Positions 50,366 to 63,990 are shown, counted from the stretch's first letter. The stretch is DNA of 64,000 bases from Okamejei kenojei (GCA_035221665.1 CM069164.1:17856001-17920000), one strand, 5' to 3'. The notes: generated by a model not told the origin, from the sequence alone. Program-made: numbers and translations.

Positions 50366-51059
50366 CAAATGAACATCTTTTGGTTTTAAATATTGCGGAT
50401 CTGGATATTGGTAAGCATTCATAATATTGAGATAATCTGTACTTCCACTTCAGAACACAAAGTTACATGTTGTAGGGTGCTGCAATTGTGTAAATTGTAC
50501 AATGGAATTCTTACTTGCTGCAGCTTTACAGGCCCATTAAGAATGTTACTGTTCCTTTGCCAGTACATATGATAATTAAGCACTCGTGTCTCTTGATCAA
50601 CTGAGGGGTGCAAGACCAAAGGCACCGAGCACTCTAGAAATTTATGACAACATCCTGTCCCTGGAAGGAATGTGAGGAAAGTAGTTTGGAAAGAGGATCT
50701 GGTGAGAAGATGACTGGTGATTTTACCCTTGTGAGAGAAGAGTGTGGAAGCAACAATGGGAAGTTAAAGGAAGCCCATATCTGGGGAAGATGGATGCCTC
50801 ATTGGTCTTGGTCAGGTGGAGGCCATCAGCCAACACTGTAGCAGGCCTCAGACCTCCAGGTACAACCCGCTGCAGCATTCTCCCGGGCGTAGTAGAATTT
50901 TACGTAAGTGCTCTGTGCAAGATTTGCCTTCATTGCACATGATCTGTCATTAGCCTCTGTACACCAGTGTGTTCCACTCAGTTTTTTCCCCTATTATTTA
51001 CTCCACCTACAAAGCCTGAGGTAGGTATCCCTGCTATAACAACATGTGGTGGCCAATCT

Positions 51060-51400
51060 CTCATGGAGTAGTGGGAGAGTCTAGGACCAGGGGGTGCAGT
51101 CTTATACTAAAATGATGTAGCTTAGAAAGGAGATGAGTGGGAATTTCTCTAGTCAGAGGGTGGTGAACTTGTGGAATTCACAGCCACAAACGGCAGTGGG
51201 GGCCAAGCCGTTTGGGTATTTTTAAAGCGGAGATTGATTAATAAAGATGTTAATTAGTTTTTGATTAGTAAAGATGTTAAAGATTAGTGATAATGCAGGA
51301 CAATGGAGTTGAGAGGGAAAAATAGATCAGCCATGATCAAATGGCAGTGCAGACCTGATGGGCTGAATGGCCTCATTCTGCTCCTTATGGTCTAATGGTT
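51060..51400 (+). mobile_element. CR1 LINE 3' fragment
   Basis: gggagagtctaggaccagggg...agtcagagggtggtgaacttgtggaattc...gatcagccatgatc. Confidence 0.8.
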
Positions 51401-52439
51401 GATGGCTCAGTTTGGTTCTTTCAGCATCAGTCACAGAGTGCTCTTCATGTTTTGTCCTCTACATAATGACCTCCAGAACTCAGATGTCCTTCCCAACTCC
51501 CATGCCCTGATCCTTCATCGATCAATGATCATCCCTCTCCTGTACTAATTTGTTCTGGTCCGGCAATGTTTGGTTTTTAAATTCTATGTTCAAGCCATTC
51601 CCTGACTTCTCACCTCCCTATCAGGTCAAGTCGAGTTTATTGCTTGAGTAGAGTGAGGTGCAGCTACAATACAAATATTGATAAAACACAGTCTGCAACT
51701 TGCAATTAAATCTCTACATCCATTTCTGGAGTATTTCCACCATTGGTGACTGTGTCTTCATCTGCAAAAGCCTTAAGCTCATGATTCAGCTTTTGGAGTG
51801 GACAGTATATTCTATCTAGAAGCAAGCACTGCACAAGCAGATTTTGAACTCCTTTGTTTAATCGGTAAATGTATAGATAACTACACAATACATCCATGTT
51901 TCACTGCAATGATAATCTTGTGGTTCTTGACTCTCTGTCAAGAATGGTTTGAGATCTCAATTGTTGGTAATTAAGGATTAATTAAGGACCAGTAAGGACT
52001 AATTTCCCTCTAAATACAAACTATATATGTTAGTTCCACTGCATGTCTCAAAACTCCCTTTGCCAACTATTTCCACAGTGAAAACAAATCATGAGACTTC
52101 AAATTTACTCATTCTGTTATTACAGCATCCAAACTGATTTCAGCTGAACTGTTCCCTGTATTGGAGCATCCTGAGAGTGAGATGCTTTTAAACCTTTCAC
52201 TAAGTATTAAGAAAGTAACAATTTAATGAGGGTACATCAATTCTAGTCCATATGTTGTGTGTTTACGGTACTTGAGGCGTCTTATGCTAAGTAGTAAATT
52301 ATGCCTGAACTGGGAAGTTTAAACTAAAATAAAATTTCAATTGGGAATAAAGGTCAGCCCATAACATTTTCGCCAGGAATGAAGCCAAAGCTTTTGTTTA
52401 CATATAATTGAAGGGACTCTTACTGGGAAATGTTTCTAG

Positions 52440-52752
52440 GCCCAAAACGTTGCCTATTTCCTTCGCTCCATAGATGCTGCTGCACCCGCTGAGTTTCTCC
52501 AGCACTTTTGTCTACCTTCGAATTTCCAGCATCTGCAGTTCCTTCTTAAATAATTTAATTACAGTAATATTATGTACACAACCAACATATAGAGAGGAAG
52601 GTTATTATTAGATTATACACCATTCACTACTGTCTTGACCTGAAACATCACCCATTCCTTCTCTCCAGAAATGCTGCCTGTCCCACTGAGTTACTCCAGC
52701 ATTCTTTGTCTATTTTCAGTGTAAACCGGCATCTGCAGTTCCTTTCCACACA
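52440..52752 (+). mobile_element. Two tail fragments of the Penelope-derived repeat (52440-52550, 52632-52752)
   Basis: aaacgttgcctatttccttcgctccatagatgctgc... and gaaacatcacccattccttctctccagaaatgctgcc... Confidence 0.7.
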
Positions 52753-53550
52753 TTCCCTATTTCAGTTTTATTACAGCATGGGAACATTGTTTTCAACAAA
52801 CAGCATCTACAATAAGTCCTGTTTAAACAATTATGCATAGTGTGTATTGATGTTCAATAGTTCTGAAGTTTTCTTTACAGAAGATTCAATAGATTGTTTG
52901 AAAGTATTCTGCCACGGGAAATTGATTCCACTGTAACAAGCAGCAAATAATTTTACAAATTTGAAAAACTTTGCCAAAATAAATTACAAAGCAAATCATT
53001 CTGCCCCCTGAGTGATGAAAAAAATCCACAGCTCCAGTCTCAGCACTCCATTTCTGAAGACCATTTTTTCTCTGGAATACATATTTACAGTAGCTGTCCT
53101 AGTGTTTGATTTCCCAAAATACATTACCTCAACTTGTCAGGATTAAATTTCATCAGCCTAACTTTCCTTCTGATCGGTATCTTGCTGTAGCCTTGGATAA
53201 CTTTCCTCTCAAAATGCCGACTGGAAATTTTACAAGTAACCAGTGGGTCATGCCGTTTTCCGGGGTAGGGGGGCATCGAACATTGGGAAAAATAATTAAA
53301 ATATAACACTTTATTCATCTAGGGTTTAATCTTTATTAATCAGGATTATGTTTATTAACAATCTAGAAAAAGATGAAATGGAGTAGAATCACGGATTTCC
53401 GTATCTCCGACATCAAAGTAGCGGGACACCAAAGTAGACACTTACTGATGAGTCACCCAGTACCAATAATTTTAATTTTACAGTACAAGAAGTTAAAACT
53501 GCATCTAACATCAGCAACCTATCAGCATGCACAATGATCAGAATGCACAA

Positions 53551-53815
53551 AGACTGAGGTGAGAAAAAACTTTTTCACCCAGAGAGTTGTGAATTTATGG
53601 AATTCCCTGCCACAGAGGGCAGTGGAGGCCAAGTCACTGGATGGATTTAATAGAGAGTTAGATAGAGTTCTAGGGGCTGGTGAATTCAAGGGATATGGGG
53701 AGAAGGCAGTCACGGGTTATTGATAGCGGGCGATCAGCCATGATCACAATGAATGGCGGTGCTGGCTCGAAGGGCCGCATGGCCTCCTCCTGCACCTATT
53801 TTCTATGTCTATGTC
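53551..53815 (+). mobile_element. CR1 LINE 3' end
   Basis: Matches 3175-3440; ttttctatgtctatgtc tail. Confidence 0.88.
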
Positions 53816-53962
53816 CATGATCTCCCAATTGTGAAATCTTGACGATCATCAACCAATATTTCTGACACTAACTGTTTATAAGTCTCAGCTATTCAGATTC
53901 AGAGTTTAGTGTTTCGTTTTTACTTCCTCACTGTTTATTTTACTTTAATCCTATTATTATTT

Positions 53963-53964
<2 letters not shown>

Positions 53965-54013
<49 letters not shown>
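53965..54013. repeat. (TG)n microsatellite
   Basis: Direct reading. Confidence 0.95.
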
Positions 54014-54015
<2 letters not shown>

Positions 54016-56399
54016 GTTCATGAATTACCCATTAGAAAAACAAATGATTGGCTCATATAGCAGGCAATGTTCCTGGCTGGATGAATTTGCAAAGGTACAC
54101 CAACTTTTCAGAAAGGCGTTATAATATGTGTGTGTGTGCGCGACCAAGTGCTCAGTTTGGTCAAACTAAATGGACGTTTGACAACTTGGGTCATGAGATT
54201 GTTCTGCTGCTGCAATAAAACACCAGCTAAATATTGTTCTCTCCCTGCATTTACTTTTGGCAGGTTATCGTGGGTGTCCTCAGCTTGTGAGTGTGAGTTA
54301 ATCTTCACTGCTTAATGGCGTCTGGGTCAGCTTCGTCGCCAGTGTAAGGGCCATGTACAAATAAAATCAATCACTTTGCCACATCATTTTTTGAAACTAC
54401 TTGGGAATAATTCAGCCTCAGATTTGAGACCCACTCCTGCTGATAAGGGCAATTTAAAGAGTGAGTGTCATTACTGTAAACAACCCACTGTGGATTACAC
54501 ATTGTGAGCTCAGAGCCTCCTGCACTCATTATTCGGTCATTACCGTTCAGGCCAATTCCCCTCACTGTCCCGGGACACTGAGCATTACACTGGCACTGCC
54601 CACTCATCTTCCACATTAAATCAGAATTTGGTGACCGTGGGACATATTGATAGGGCTCCCTGGAGATTGAATAGGATTCCAATGGAAAGTGCAAACAGTT
54701 CTGGCTCTGGCTGGTGAAGAGTTAATATTGGCCCTTGTACTACTCTTCCTTCCCATTTTGCCACAGATCGAAATGCAAACTTAGCTCTGATAGTACAAGG
54801 CATTTTGTCCCTGAGATTCAATCGAGCTCTGGCGATGTGGCAAGGATAACTTCCACGATGATGCTGTGGTTCCTTAAATATTCTGTAGAGTGATCAACTT
54901 TTACTAGCCTTAAATAGTATTCACTTCTAGAAGCTAAATGGCCATTTCCTGCATTGTATGTGCTTCTCAGAGCAATGGGAACTTTTATAAATGCAGTTGC
55001 CTGTTGGTTGGGAAACCATCCACTTAGTTTCCACTTTCATTTAGTTTCAGGGAATTCTGTGTTTTTTAAGGAATCATATACTCATATATTTTTACTAATC
55101 TTCAAATTTCTTTGGATTATTTTGTTGGTAAAAAAGAGCAACTCAGGATAGAGTGAAGCACGGAGCACTTTGATGCATAGTGACTGCTGGAACCTTGCAA
55201 CCAATTTGCTCCCACAGACAGCAAAGTGTAGTCGGCATACAGAGTGCAACTCTTGTTCTTCAGGGTCCCAGAAAGTGCCACAGCTTCTCACCTGAAAGGT
55301 GCTTTTTTCACGGTACTTTGGGAGCAGCTTCCACCTTCTCCAGCAAAGATAAATTTCAGAAAGAAGCACTGACAGGATTTTATTATAGGCCCTGCACTCG
55401 GCTCGTAATGAAACAGAATTCTTTGATGAGTAAATTGATCGAATGTGTAATATGAGCAATGACAGATTTAAAATTGTAAAATCTATTAAAAAGACAAGTG
55501 CAGAAAAGGATGAGACGAATTTGAATAGAAATACCAGAGGGATTGCTATTTAACTTTGATTTAAGTGCTGGAGTGACCAGGGGCTTTTTAATCATAATAT
55601 AGCAGACAGAATTGTACAACGAGAGGCAGCTGAGCAAATGCCGCTCTCCCCACCATGGTCTATTCTTCACGTAGCTTCCTCTGTGTCCAATCTGTCAGCA
55701 ACATTTTATGTCTGCAGTCCAAAAATTATTAATGCAGTTACCATGGTGATCCGATTTGCTCCTCTTTTATGCTTAGCTTCAGGAACATTTCTGTTGAGTT
55801 CACAGACTTTGATTGCAAGCCTGTGAACTATTAATCAGTGACAACAATATTTTATTCAAATTTGAAGATGTCAGTAAAGAGGCAATTCTGCAAAATTCTT
55901 CCAGTTTATGCTGAGAAAATAATGTTAGACAGGAAATTCGAAGGAGAAGGTGAAATGTATTTATTGTGTATCAATCAATTATTCTCAAAGCCCCAAAGTT
56001 AATCTTGTTAGCATTCACTGGCTGGCCATTTGCAGATTGACTCGTCAGTCATGTAGTACAATGAACTCTGGGCTTGTCAGGATCGGCTGATAGGCCATCA
56101 TTGGACCATGGCAAAGTGTTGCACGTCTAATAACAGCACGCTTGGGATAACACCGCATGTCAGTGCAGCTTACACACTGCACCACACCACTCTTCTCACA
56201 GACTCCAAGTGACTCTGACTTTTACTGGCATAAGAACCAATGAAACCATTGAAATGCTGTGTACTAGTTGGGAGTGCTTCTTTCAAACACTTCCAATAGA
56301 ATAGTATTTGGAAGATTCTGATAAGACATTCAGAACCAAACATCTCTACACTTTTGTACTGACTTCCCTGCAACCTGTTCTCCCTCAAATGCCCCTCAA

Positions 56400-56830
56400 C
56401 TGCCCTCTGATTCACCTGCCACAGGTAGACGTGGTGTTCTTCCCATGCTTTTGCTGCATCTGCCCTTCTAGCTGCAGAGGACGAGGGTTTGGAGGATGCT
56501 GTCAAAGGCTTCTTCAGTGAGTTACTGCAGTGCACCCTGCAGAGGGTACAATGTGCTGCCACAGTGTGTTAAGTGGAGTGAGTAAATGGTTATGGATGGG
56601 CTGCCTTATCAAGAGGGCTGCTATGTCCTGTACGGTGTTGCGTTTCATCAATGTTGTTGAAGCTGCACTCATCCAGCCAAATGGCAAGTATTCCATCACA
56701 CTGCTGACTCGAGCCTTGTAGATGGTGGATAAGCTTTGGGACGTTAGGAGGTGAGTTAGCCGCTGTTGGATTCCTCTGACCTGCACTTGTACCTGTAGTG
56801 TGTATATGACTACTTCAGTTCAGCTACTGG
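56400..56830 (-). mobile_element. Non-LTR retrotransposon (CR1/L2-group) ORF2 C-terminal relic
   Basis: HLLTSQSLSTIYKARVSSVMEYLPFGWMSAASTTLMKRNTVQDIAALLI resembles the post-RT IYKAxVRxxMEY motif. Confidence 0.7.
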
Positions 56831-56842
56831 TCAATGGTAGCC

Positions 56843-56985
56843 CACTGAGTCTGTGCCGACCAGCGATCCCTGGACATTAACACTATCTTTACCAAAGCCA
56901 ATTAACCTACAAACCTGTAGGTCTTTGGAGTGTCGCAGGAAACCCAAGTACCCAGAGAAAACCCACACAGACCCGGGGAGAACAC
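56843..56985 (-). mobile_element. V-SINE/HE1-like SINE fragment
   Basis: CCAATTAACCTACAAACCTGTAGGTCTTTGGAGTG. Confidence 0.75.
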
Positions 56986-57494
56986 CAGATTCAGGTGTGG
57001 CGGCTCCCAAGGGGTCGGGCCATTCCACTATCAAACCCCTCGGCACGGGAATGGACTAGTCCGGGGGCGGCCCTTAGCTGCAGGGATAAAGGTCAGGGGT
57101 TTAGGCGCGATCGCTCTCTTGCAGACCCGACTGGACAAGAGAACAACAACTAATAAAATTCCTCCTGAAATACCTGGCTCCTTGCCTTCATTTCGGGCTT
57201 ATCACCGCGCCACACAGGGACAGTTCCTTCCCAGCTGTTATTAGGCAACTGAATCATCCTACCACAACCAGAGAGCAGTGTTGAACCACTATCTACCTCT
57301 TTGATGTCCCTCGGACTATCCTTAACTGGACTTTGCTGGTTTTACCTTTCATTAAACAATATTCGGGAAGTTTTCCAGTCTGGATTCAAGCTATGCACCT
57401 ATTCTCTGCACAGAGTCGTGACAATAAACTCTGAAACTGAAAGGGTCTTATAAACATCCTTCTCATCGCAAACGACTTCCCCCTCCCATGTGGT

Positions 57495-58095
57495 CCTTTC
57501 TCCTGCAACTGCAGGATACAACACCTATCTCCCCCCACCACTCGATACAGGGACCACGACAGATTAGGCGAGGTTCATTTCCCTTATCAGCATCCAAGAT
57601 GGGATTTGTCGGGACCAGTGACTGGGGATTGTTTCACTCCTCACTCAGTCCACCTGAACCTATGCTAACTGGTTGCTACACGCTTTGAATTCTCCATCCC
57701 ATTCACACTAGGTCTCCTCATGGGACTGAGGTTATGGAACAGCATCTTATATTTCACTTTTACAGCCCAGTGCATTGATTTCTCTAACTTCAGGTAGCCC
57801 CGGCATTCCCTCTCTCTTTATACCTACTTCCTCTGGGTTTTCACCCAACAAAAGAAGGCAATGGCATCTGTTTCCTTTTCATCATTACTTTTACTGCAGA
57901 TATAGCCTATTATTAATTGTTCATTATTCTCTAAAACATTATCTGTCTATTGCCTTCGACATTAAGTCTGGATGGCCTTAAACTTTCTGGGACTTAATGA
58001 AGGAAGAAGGGTGACTTTGTTCTCTCCAGAGATGCTGCCTGATCCTCCAGCTTTTGTGTGATTTGGGTTTAAACCAGCATCTGCAGTTCCTTTGT
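57495..58095 (+). mobile_element. Highly degenerate Penelope-like 3' end
   Basis: ggaacagcatcttatatttc (EQHLIF) ... attgatttctctaacttcaggtag (IDFSNFR*) followed by the same terminal-repeat tail. Confidence 0.6.
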
Positions 58096-59287
58096 AAACT
58101 CCATTCAGATAGCAACCCGTTCAGGATTGAACCTGGGTCGCTAGCCATACTCTGGGTCATTTTAAACTACGGCAATGCAACAATGCTGAGGGGAGTACTC
58201 ATCTTGGTTAAGTTCAGCTTCTTCACGTCTGAACTGGAACAAGCTGTGATGTCAGGGGCTGAGACTTTGTTGAAACCAAACTGTGAGCAGGTTGTTGCTG
58301 AGCAGCGTTGCTTGAAATCACATCAAATTACCTCTTCCATTTGCATGCCCTAGTTATGTAATTATTGGCTGGATTGGATTGTAACGCACTCTTCTGGACA
58401 GGGCCTAACTGGGTGATGTTTCTCGTTGCTTGGGTCCAAAGATTCCCGTACTGGAGCAGCTTCGCCAAGAGCATCGAAACCTGATCGGGGAGCAGGTCAT
58501 TACACTGCACAGAACCTCCCTTCACTGACAAAGCAAGGATCAGATCTGGCTTCGAGTTCACTTCAAAATTTAAATATTTCTATATTATTAACTCAAAGCT
58601 ACACAAATCACATAAAAAATTATAATAGTTTCTAACATATTACAACAATCTAAAACTAGCTTGACCTTAGTCCCTCAAGAGTGCATCTCCCGTATTGAAC
58701 TGCATGTAGAAGTGAAGCCTGCATCAGATGTAACCCCGCACATGGTTACAGCAGCCTGCAGTGACCATGGCACATTGTGTGGTGCTGACATCGATACAGG
58801 TAGTCAGCGCAGTCCGCTAGCATCTCTCCTCTGACACTCTGACTGCAGCAGTTTGATGTGCAATCAACGAATCAAAGACCAATAAATGGTGAAACAACAA
58901 AAGTCATTACATTAGAAAATAAGTTGGGAGCTTTAAAATACTTTGATGGTAGTGATGTGAAGAGCATGCTTGGCGTGCTTCCCACAGCAGGCAATGATTC
59001 ACAGAAAAACTGATAAATTCAGAGAAAGCTTGCCATGTGTGACATGTTTAAGGGTCATCATGGAAAATCTAGAAAGATTAAAGTGGCTCACAGGCTGTTT
59101 TTTCTAAATGGCCATTTCGGCGAAGGATGACATCTTGTTTGATGACTGAGAGAACGACAGGCTGAGTGTTCACCCTGTTCATTACAGTCACGATTTGTTC
59201 AATTATATGAGGATGGTGAATCTGTGGAATTCTATTCCACAGATGGATGTCGAGGCCAAGTCAATGGATAATTTTAAGGCAGAGATA

Positions 59288-59330
59288 AGTGCCCTCCATA
59301 ATGTTTGGGACAAAGACCCGTCATTTATTT
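59288..59330 (+). mobile_element. Solo Tc1 TIR fragment of the 43222 family
   Basis: AGTGCCCTCCATAATGTTTGGGACAAAGACCCGTCATTTATT. Confidence 0.75.
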
Positions 59331-60819
59331 TGTAGAATTTTGTGGACTAATCTACAAAGCTACAGCAGATTCTCTAACATTAAATATTTTCCTTAGCAAG
59401 CTGCCACTTGATTTCTCAACTGAACAAAGCAGCGTTTCGAATCACAGCATTGAGAATTTTGTATACGGTTTGTAAATAGCTTTTTTAAAATGCTTCTTGC
59501 TTTTATGGAAGTTCTTCCCATGTGGAGACCTGTCTCTTGAAAATTCAGATTGAAAATGCATCCTGCCTGATTCTTTCTGAGGCATAAATAATTCCCACAC
59601 TGCAAACCTCAGCAACGTGAGGCACTGAGCTGTCATATGCAAACTGGGTTTGGTTCACCCTGGGCTGTTGAGTTATCCAACCTGTAAACGGTAAACACCA
59701 GTTTGCATTTGCAAAGGGGCACAAATGGCTTTTTGTAACCAATAAAATATTTCGATTTGATTAAAAAATTGGCCAATTAATTGATCAAAATAAGACCAAA
59801 GCCCATACCTGCCAGATTATTGACCAAGAATAAATTACCATCTTATAAATAAGCAGGAATTGGTATTTGGAAAAAATAAAGATCTGTTAATTAGTACATA
59901 AATAGTATTTTTTGTTGGAAGGCATTGACCAATTTGTATAAAGAAAGCATGATACATCCTTCAAGTAAGTCCCTGCATTGACCCAATGGCTTACTAGAAG
60001 GGAAGGTCCAGCCTCTGTTTAATGGGCAAAGTTATATTGAAGCTCGACTCGGTCTGAGTAGACTATGATGAACATCAGAAACACTACTATGAATCAGTCT
60101 GAAGAAGGGTCCTGACGGATGCTGCCTGACCCACTGAGTTACTCCAGCATTTTGTGTCTTTCCTTGCAGTTCCTTGTTTCTACCATACTGCAAGGCTTGC
60201 CTTGCCAGGACTTGCAGCATAGAGTCTACAGATAGTCGACAAGAGTAACTCGTTAAAGTGACATTAACAGCTCCTTCTCTGAAATCTGACGATCCACCAT
60301 CCAGTTGAGGGACGTGTCACTGGTTCCACCTCTTGTTGCATTTCTAGCTTATGTTGATATTTACGGGAAGTGGGACGTTCCAAGAAGGTCAAATGCACAA
60401 GATCATTAACAATTGTTCCCAGCATTCTGGAAATATTTCATCAAAATTATGCGAATTAATGTGCAAGATGACGTGAATAAATCATCGTGCCTCAATCGTG
60501 GGAGAGTTGATGAGTTGTAGTTTGCAAACACCGCTGCTGAAGCTCCTTTTGGCATTGAGCTTGAGCAGAATCAATCAAATCTGTTGCTGTAGATAGAGTG
60601 AACTGAATATTCCCCGACTGAGAATCTCTCTGCTCACGAAAAGCAATTGAATATTAAAAATTACTTCGTTCTTTACTTAATTAAGCATAATTTAAAAATA
60701 TCTCTTATCTGCATGTTTAATCGAGAAGAAGTCAAGTTCTCACTTTCAAGAGATTTGTAATCATTAAATCATTGAAGAAATGTTGCTAAAATGTATATTG
60801 ACCAAATCATATTTATTAG

Positions 60820-60934
60820 CTGAAGAAGGGTCTCAACCCAAAACGTAACTCATTCCTTCTCTCCAGAGATGTTGCCTGTTCCGCTGAGTTACTCCTGCAT
60901 TTTGATTTAAACCAGCATCTGCAGTTCTTTCCAA
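60820..60934 (+). mobile_element. Short Penelope-derived insertion starting at a degenerate hammerhead core, 15-bp TSD
   Basis: CATATTTATTAGCTG at 60808-60822 and 60935-60949. Confidence 0.78.
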
Positions 60935-61377
60935 CATATTTATTAGCTGTTGCTGTGAAGTTAAATGCTAAAGTAAATTAGTCAGCTATAGAAATCTAAT
61001 GCATTCAGTCTGACTTTTATGAAGATTAATTCATTGCTTCTTTCTGCATTTTTCTAAAGCTGTCCTTCAGTGGAATATCTGGGGACCAATTGAACTTTAT
61101 GTAGCTCCAGCCAAAATTCACAATCTATGGCTTGAGTCATTGAACCAGGTTGTATGAAGGTTTGGAGTAGGTAAAGATTAGTGAGATAACTCTAGATCCT
61201 CGGGCTAGAGCAGCTGAAAGCCAAGTTGCCGGTAGCAGAGTGAGTAAAGTTGGGGATGAGCAAGAGGTCAGATGTGGAGGGGCTGAGAGCTCATGGAGAG
61301 CTGCTGGCACTGAGTGGATCACAGACAGAGAGAGACAGGGAGACAACAGCCCAATCTGCTTTCAGTAATTCAGACCA

Positions 61378-61650
61378 CCTGGATGCAAGGGTAGGGCCTT
61401 GACTGTGTGCTGTCAGCACATCCTCCCTGAGACCACATGGGCTTCCTCCAGTTGCTCTGGTTTCCTCCCTCATCCCAAATATGTGCCGATTGGAAGATAA
61501 TGGCATTAGATGGGCACCTGTTGTAAGCAGCTGGTTGGCGAACATGGATGTGAGTTGGGGAGTATGAATGGACATAAGTAGGAGAGGGATACGGGAAACG
61601 GATGGTTGGGATTCCTCTGAGAGCCAGCATAGAGTTGATGGGCCAAATGT
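61378..61650 (+). mobile_element. Old V-SINE-like element
   Basis: gggcttcctccagttgctctggtttcctccctcatcccaaa...ttgatgggccaaatg. Confidence 0.55.
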
Positions 61651-62104
61651 CCTAATTAGATTTCTAAGGAAAAAAGAGAAATGAAAGAGAAAGTCAATCT
61701 ATGCCAAGGCCCAACGTGTGTGGATAGAGCAGTTAGACTTACACATACAACCAGGGCAATCATTTTTGTCCCCGATCTCCCGATCGGAGGGATGGGGTTG
61801 TCTGAGGAGAATCTGGGGGGATGGGATGGGGTGGGGAATGTGTGGGAGAAGACGATAGAGGGGTTATCAGTGGAGATGATGAAATTGGCTGTGATGATCA
61901 AGATGGGGGCTAAGGAAATAAGCGACAAAGGGTTGGGAGGACAGCCCTGACTGTACGAGACGGGGGGGATCATTACAAATGAAAAGTGAACATTAACTCA
62001 CCTCAAGGAAGGTTGAAGCTCTCTGGCTTCCTGGCTGGGGAGACACGTCAGGTCTCCTTTAATTCACTTCAGTCCTCCACTTTAATGCCGGATATTTATT
62101 AGTC

Positions 62105-62935
62105 CTCCACCGAAAGGACCAATGACTGGTTTGATGAGAATGACCAGGAGAATGACGCACTAATTAATCGCCAGTGTAAAGTGTTCCTGGATCGTGAGCT
62201 CCAATTTCAATCGGGGAAAAGAAACTGGGGGACGGGCACCTGGAGACAGTGGTGACCTGAAGTACAAATGGAGAGAGTGCAGGAATGTCAACAACTCACT
62301 GACCTCCATCACACATGCTCTGCAAAAGACAACCCTGGTCCAGGTCCCACTGAAAGCCAAGAGTGAGGGAAGCATCCACATCCAGGTCAGAGAGGCTGTC
62401 AACCCACCCACGAGAAGGAACATTCCAAAGACCTCACCTTGACTCTGACCTGGATGTGGATGCTTTTGGTCCCATCCGCAGCAAAACTATCCAGGCCAGT
62501 CTCACCTCATCTCCCGATGAACAAGGTGACCATTTCCCAACTGAAAAATATCAAGCTTTTGCTATTCCCAGTGAAATCATAAAGCTCAGCGATGAACATC
62601 TTCAGTCACAATCCCACAACCTCATCGCATTCACCTGGAAAGTGGCGGATACACCGGGGACTTCCAAAATGCTGAGATCGTGACCAAGGCTGACGGTGGT
62701 AACTCCTGGCCACTGTCCCCACCACAGAGTAAGTTATGGGCAGGGTCTTCTTCCTCCATCTCCCCCTTGGGGAACCCCCGTATCACCGCGCGGATTCTGT
62801 CCGAACCTGAGAAAACTGCTGGGAACACACCAGCCGCGGTACCCAGCGCCCAGCCCCACCAGGACCTTTGATTATATCAGTCGGGACGGACCAGGGAGTG
62901 TCCTCATCAAATCTGGCTGTTTGCAGTAACTTGTG
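62105..62935 (+). mobile_element. RTE-clade LINE ORF2 relic
   Basis: Across frames: NDWFDENDQE, IPSEIIK..HNLI..TW, KADGGN, PVSPRGFCP (cf. PESQCGFRP) and TRTFDYISRDG..VLIKSGC (cf. TKAFDTVxRxGLWxxLxKxGCP), in the expected order. Confidence 0.75.
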
Positions 62936-63254
62936 GAAGAATTTGGATACTTTAAGCATTTTAGTCTCAGGGGGTTGCTGAAGTAGGTATCTCCAGAAAT
63001 TATAAATGTACATTTGCAATACAGTTAATCCAAGAACCTTGCATCTGGAAAGCCAGATTCAGAGTACAGGTCAACACACACAAATCCCTCCAACAGATGG
63101 TTGTCTGCCATGATTATGCAGAGAGAAAACAAGATTCCGTTTGGCAAAAAGCAAATCTGTAAACTAAATTCAACAAAATTGGGAGGGTAGGACACCAGGC
63201 ACAGAGCAGATTCATTAAAAGCCATATTAAAATCAATAAGTGGGCATACATCAT

Positions 63255-63990
63255 ATTCATAGTTACACAGTATGGAAACAGGCTATTTGGCCCTACTCTT
63301 ACATGTAGACCAAGGTGCCTATCTACAATGATCCCTTTGCATGTGTTTAGCCCACTTCCCTCCAAGCTCTACCTATCCATGTAGCTGTCCAAATACCTTT
63401 TAAACGTTGTAATTTTACCTCCTCTTCTGATGGCTCGTTCCATTTATCCATCCTCTGCCCATCAGATTCCCTTAAACCTGTGCCTCCTAGTTTTAGACTC
63501 CTTTGCTCTAGAAAAAAAGACTGTGATTATCTACCCTATTTATCGGCCCATCATAATTTTATAAACCTCTATCAGGTCACCCCTCAGCATTCTCCACTCC
63601 AGAGAAAGCAGCCCCAGCCTATCCAAACTCTTTTTATAACCCAAGTCATTCCAGTGGCAGCGACAATCCTGTCAATCTTCATGCTCTCAAGCTTTATCAT
63701 ATTATTCCTATAATGTGATGATACTCTAGGAGTGGCCTTAACGTTTTGTATCAACGATTTACAACATGACTTCCCACCTCATATATATGAGTGCCTGAGC
63801 CAATGAAGACAAACAGGCCCATGCCTTCTTCTCCACTTTGTCTGCCTGTCACATCTCCAGAGAATTGTGTACTTGTAGTCCAAGTTCTTTCTGTTCTACA
63901 ATGCTCCCCAGGGCTCTGCCATTCAATCTCTATTTCCTGCCCTGATTTACCTTCCCAAAAATGCATCACTTTGCACTTGTCTGAAACAAA
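63255..63990 (-). mobile_element. Old CR1 LINE 3' fragment
   Basis: atggaaacaggctatttggccc tail; ttttataaacctctatcaggtcacccctcagc; aaatgcatcactttgcacttgtc (KCKVMHF on minus strand). Confidence 0.75.

Noticed and set aside
61985-62010. Minus-strand GTGAGT donor suggesting an exon of a neighbouring gene
   Set aside because: The adjacent sequence is explained by the plus-strand RTE relic; no coherent minus-strand exon
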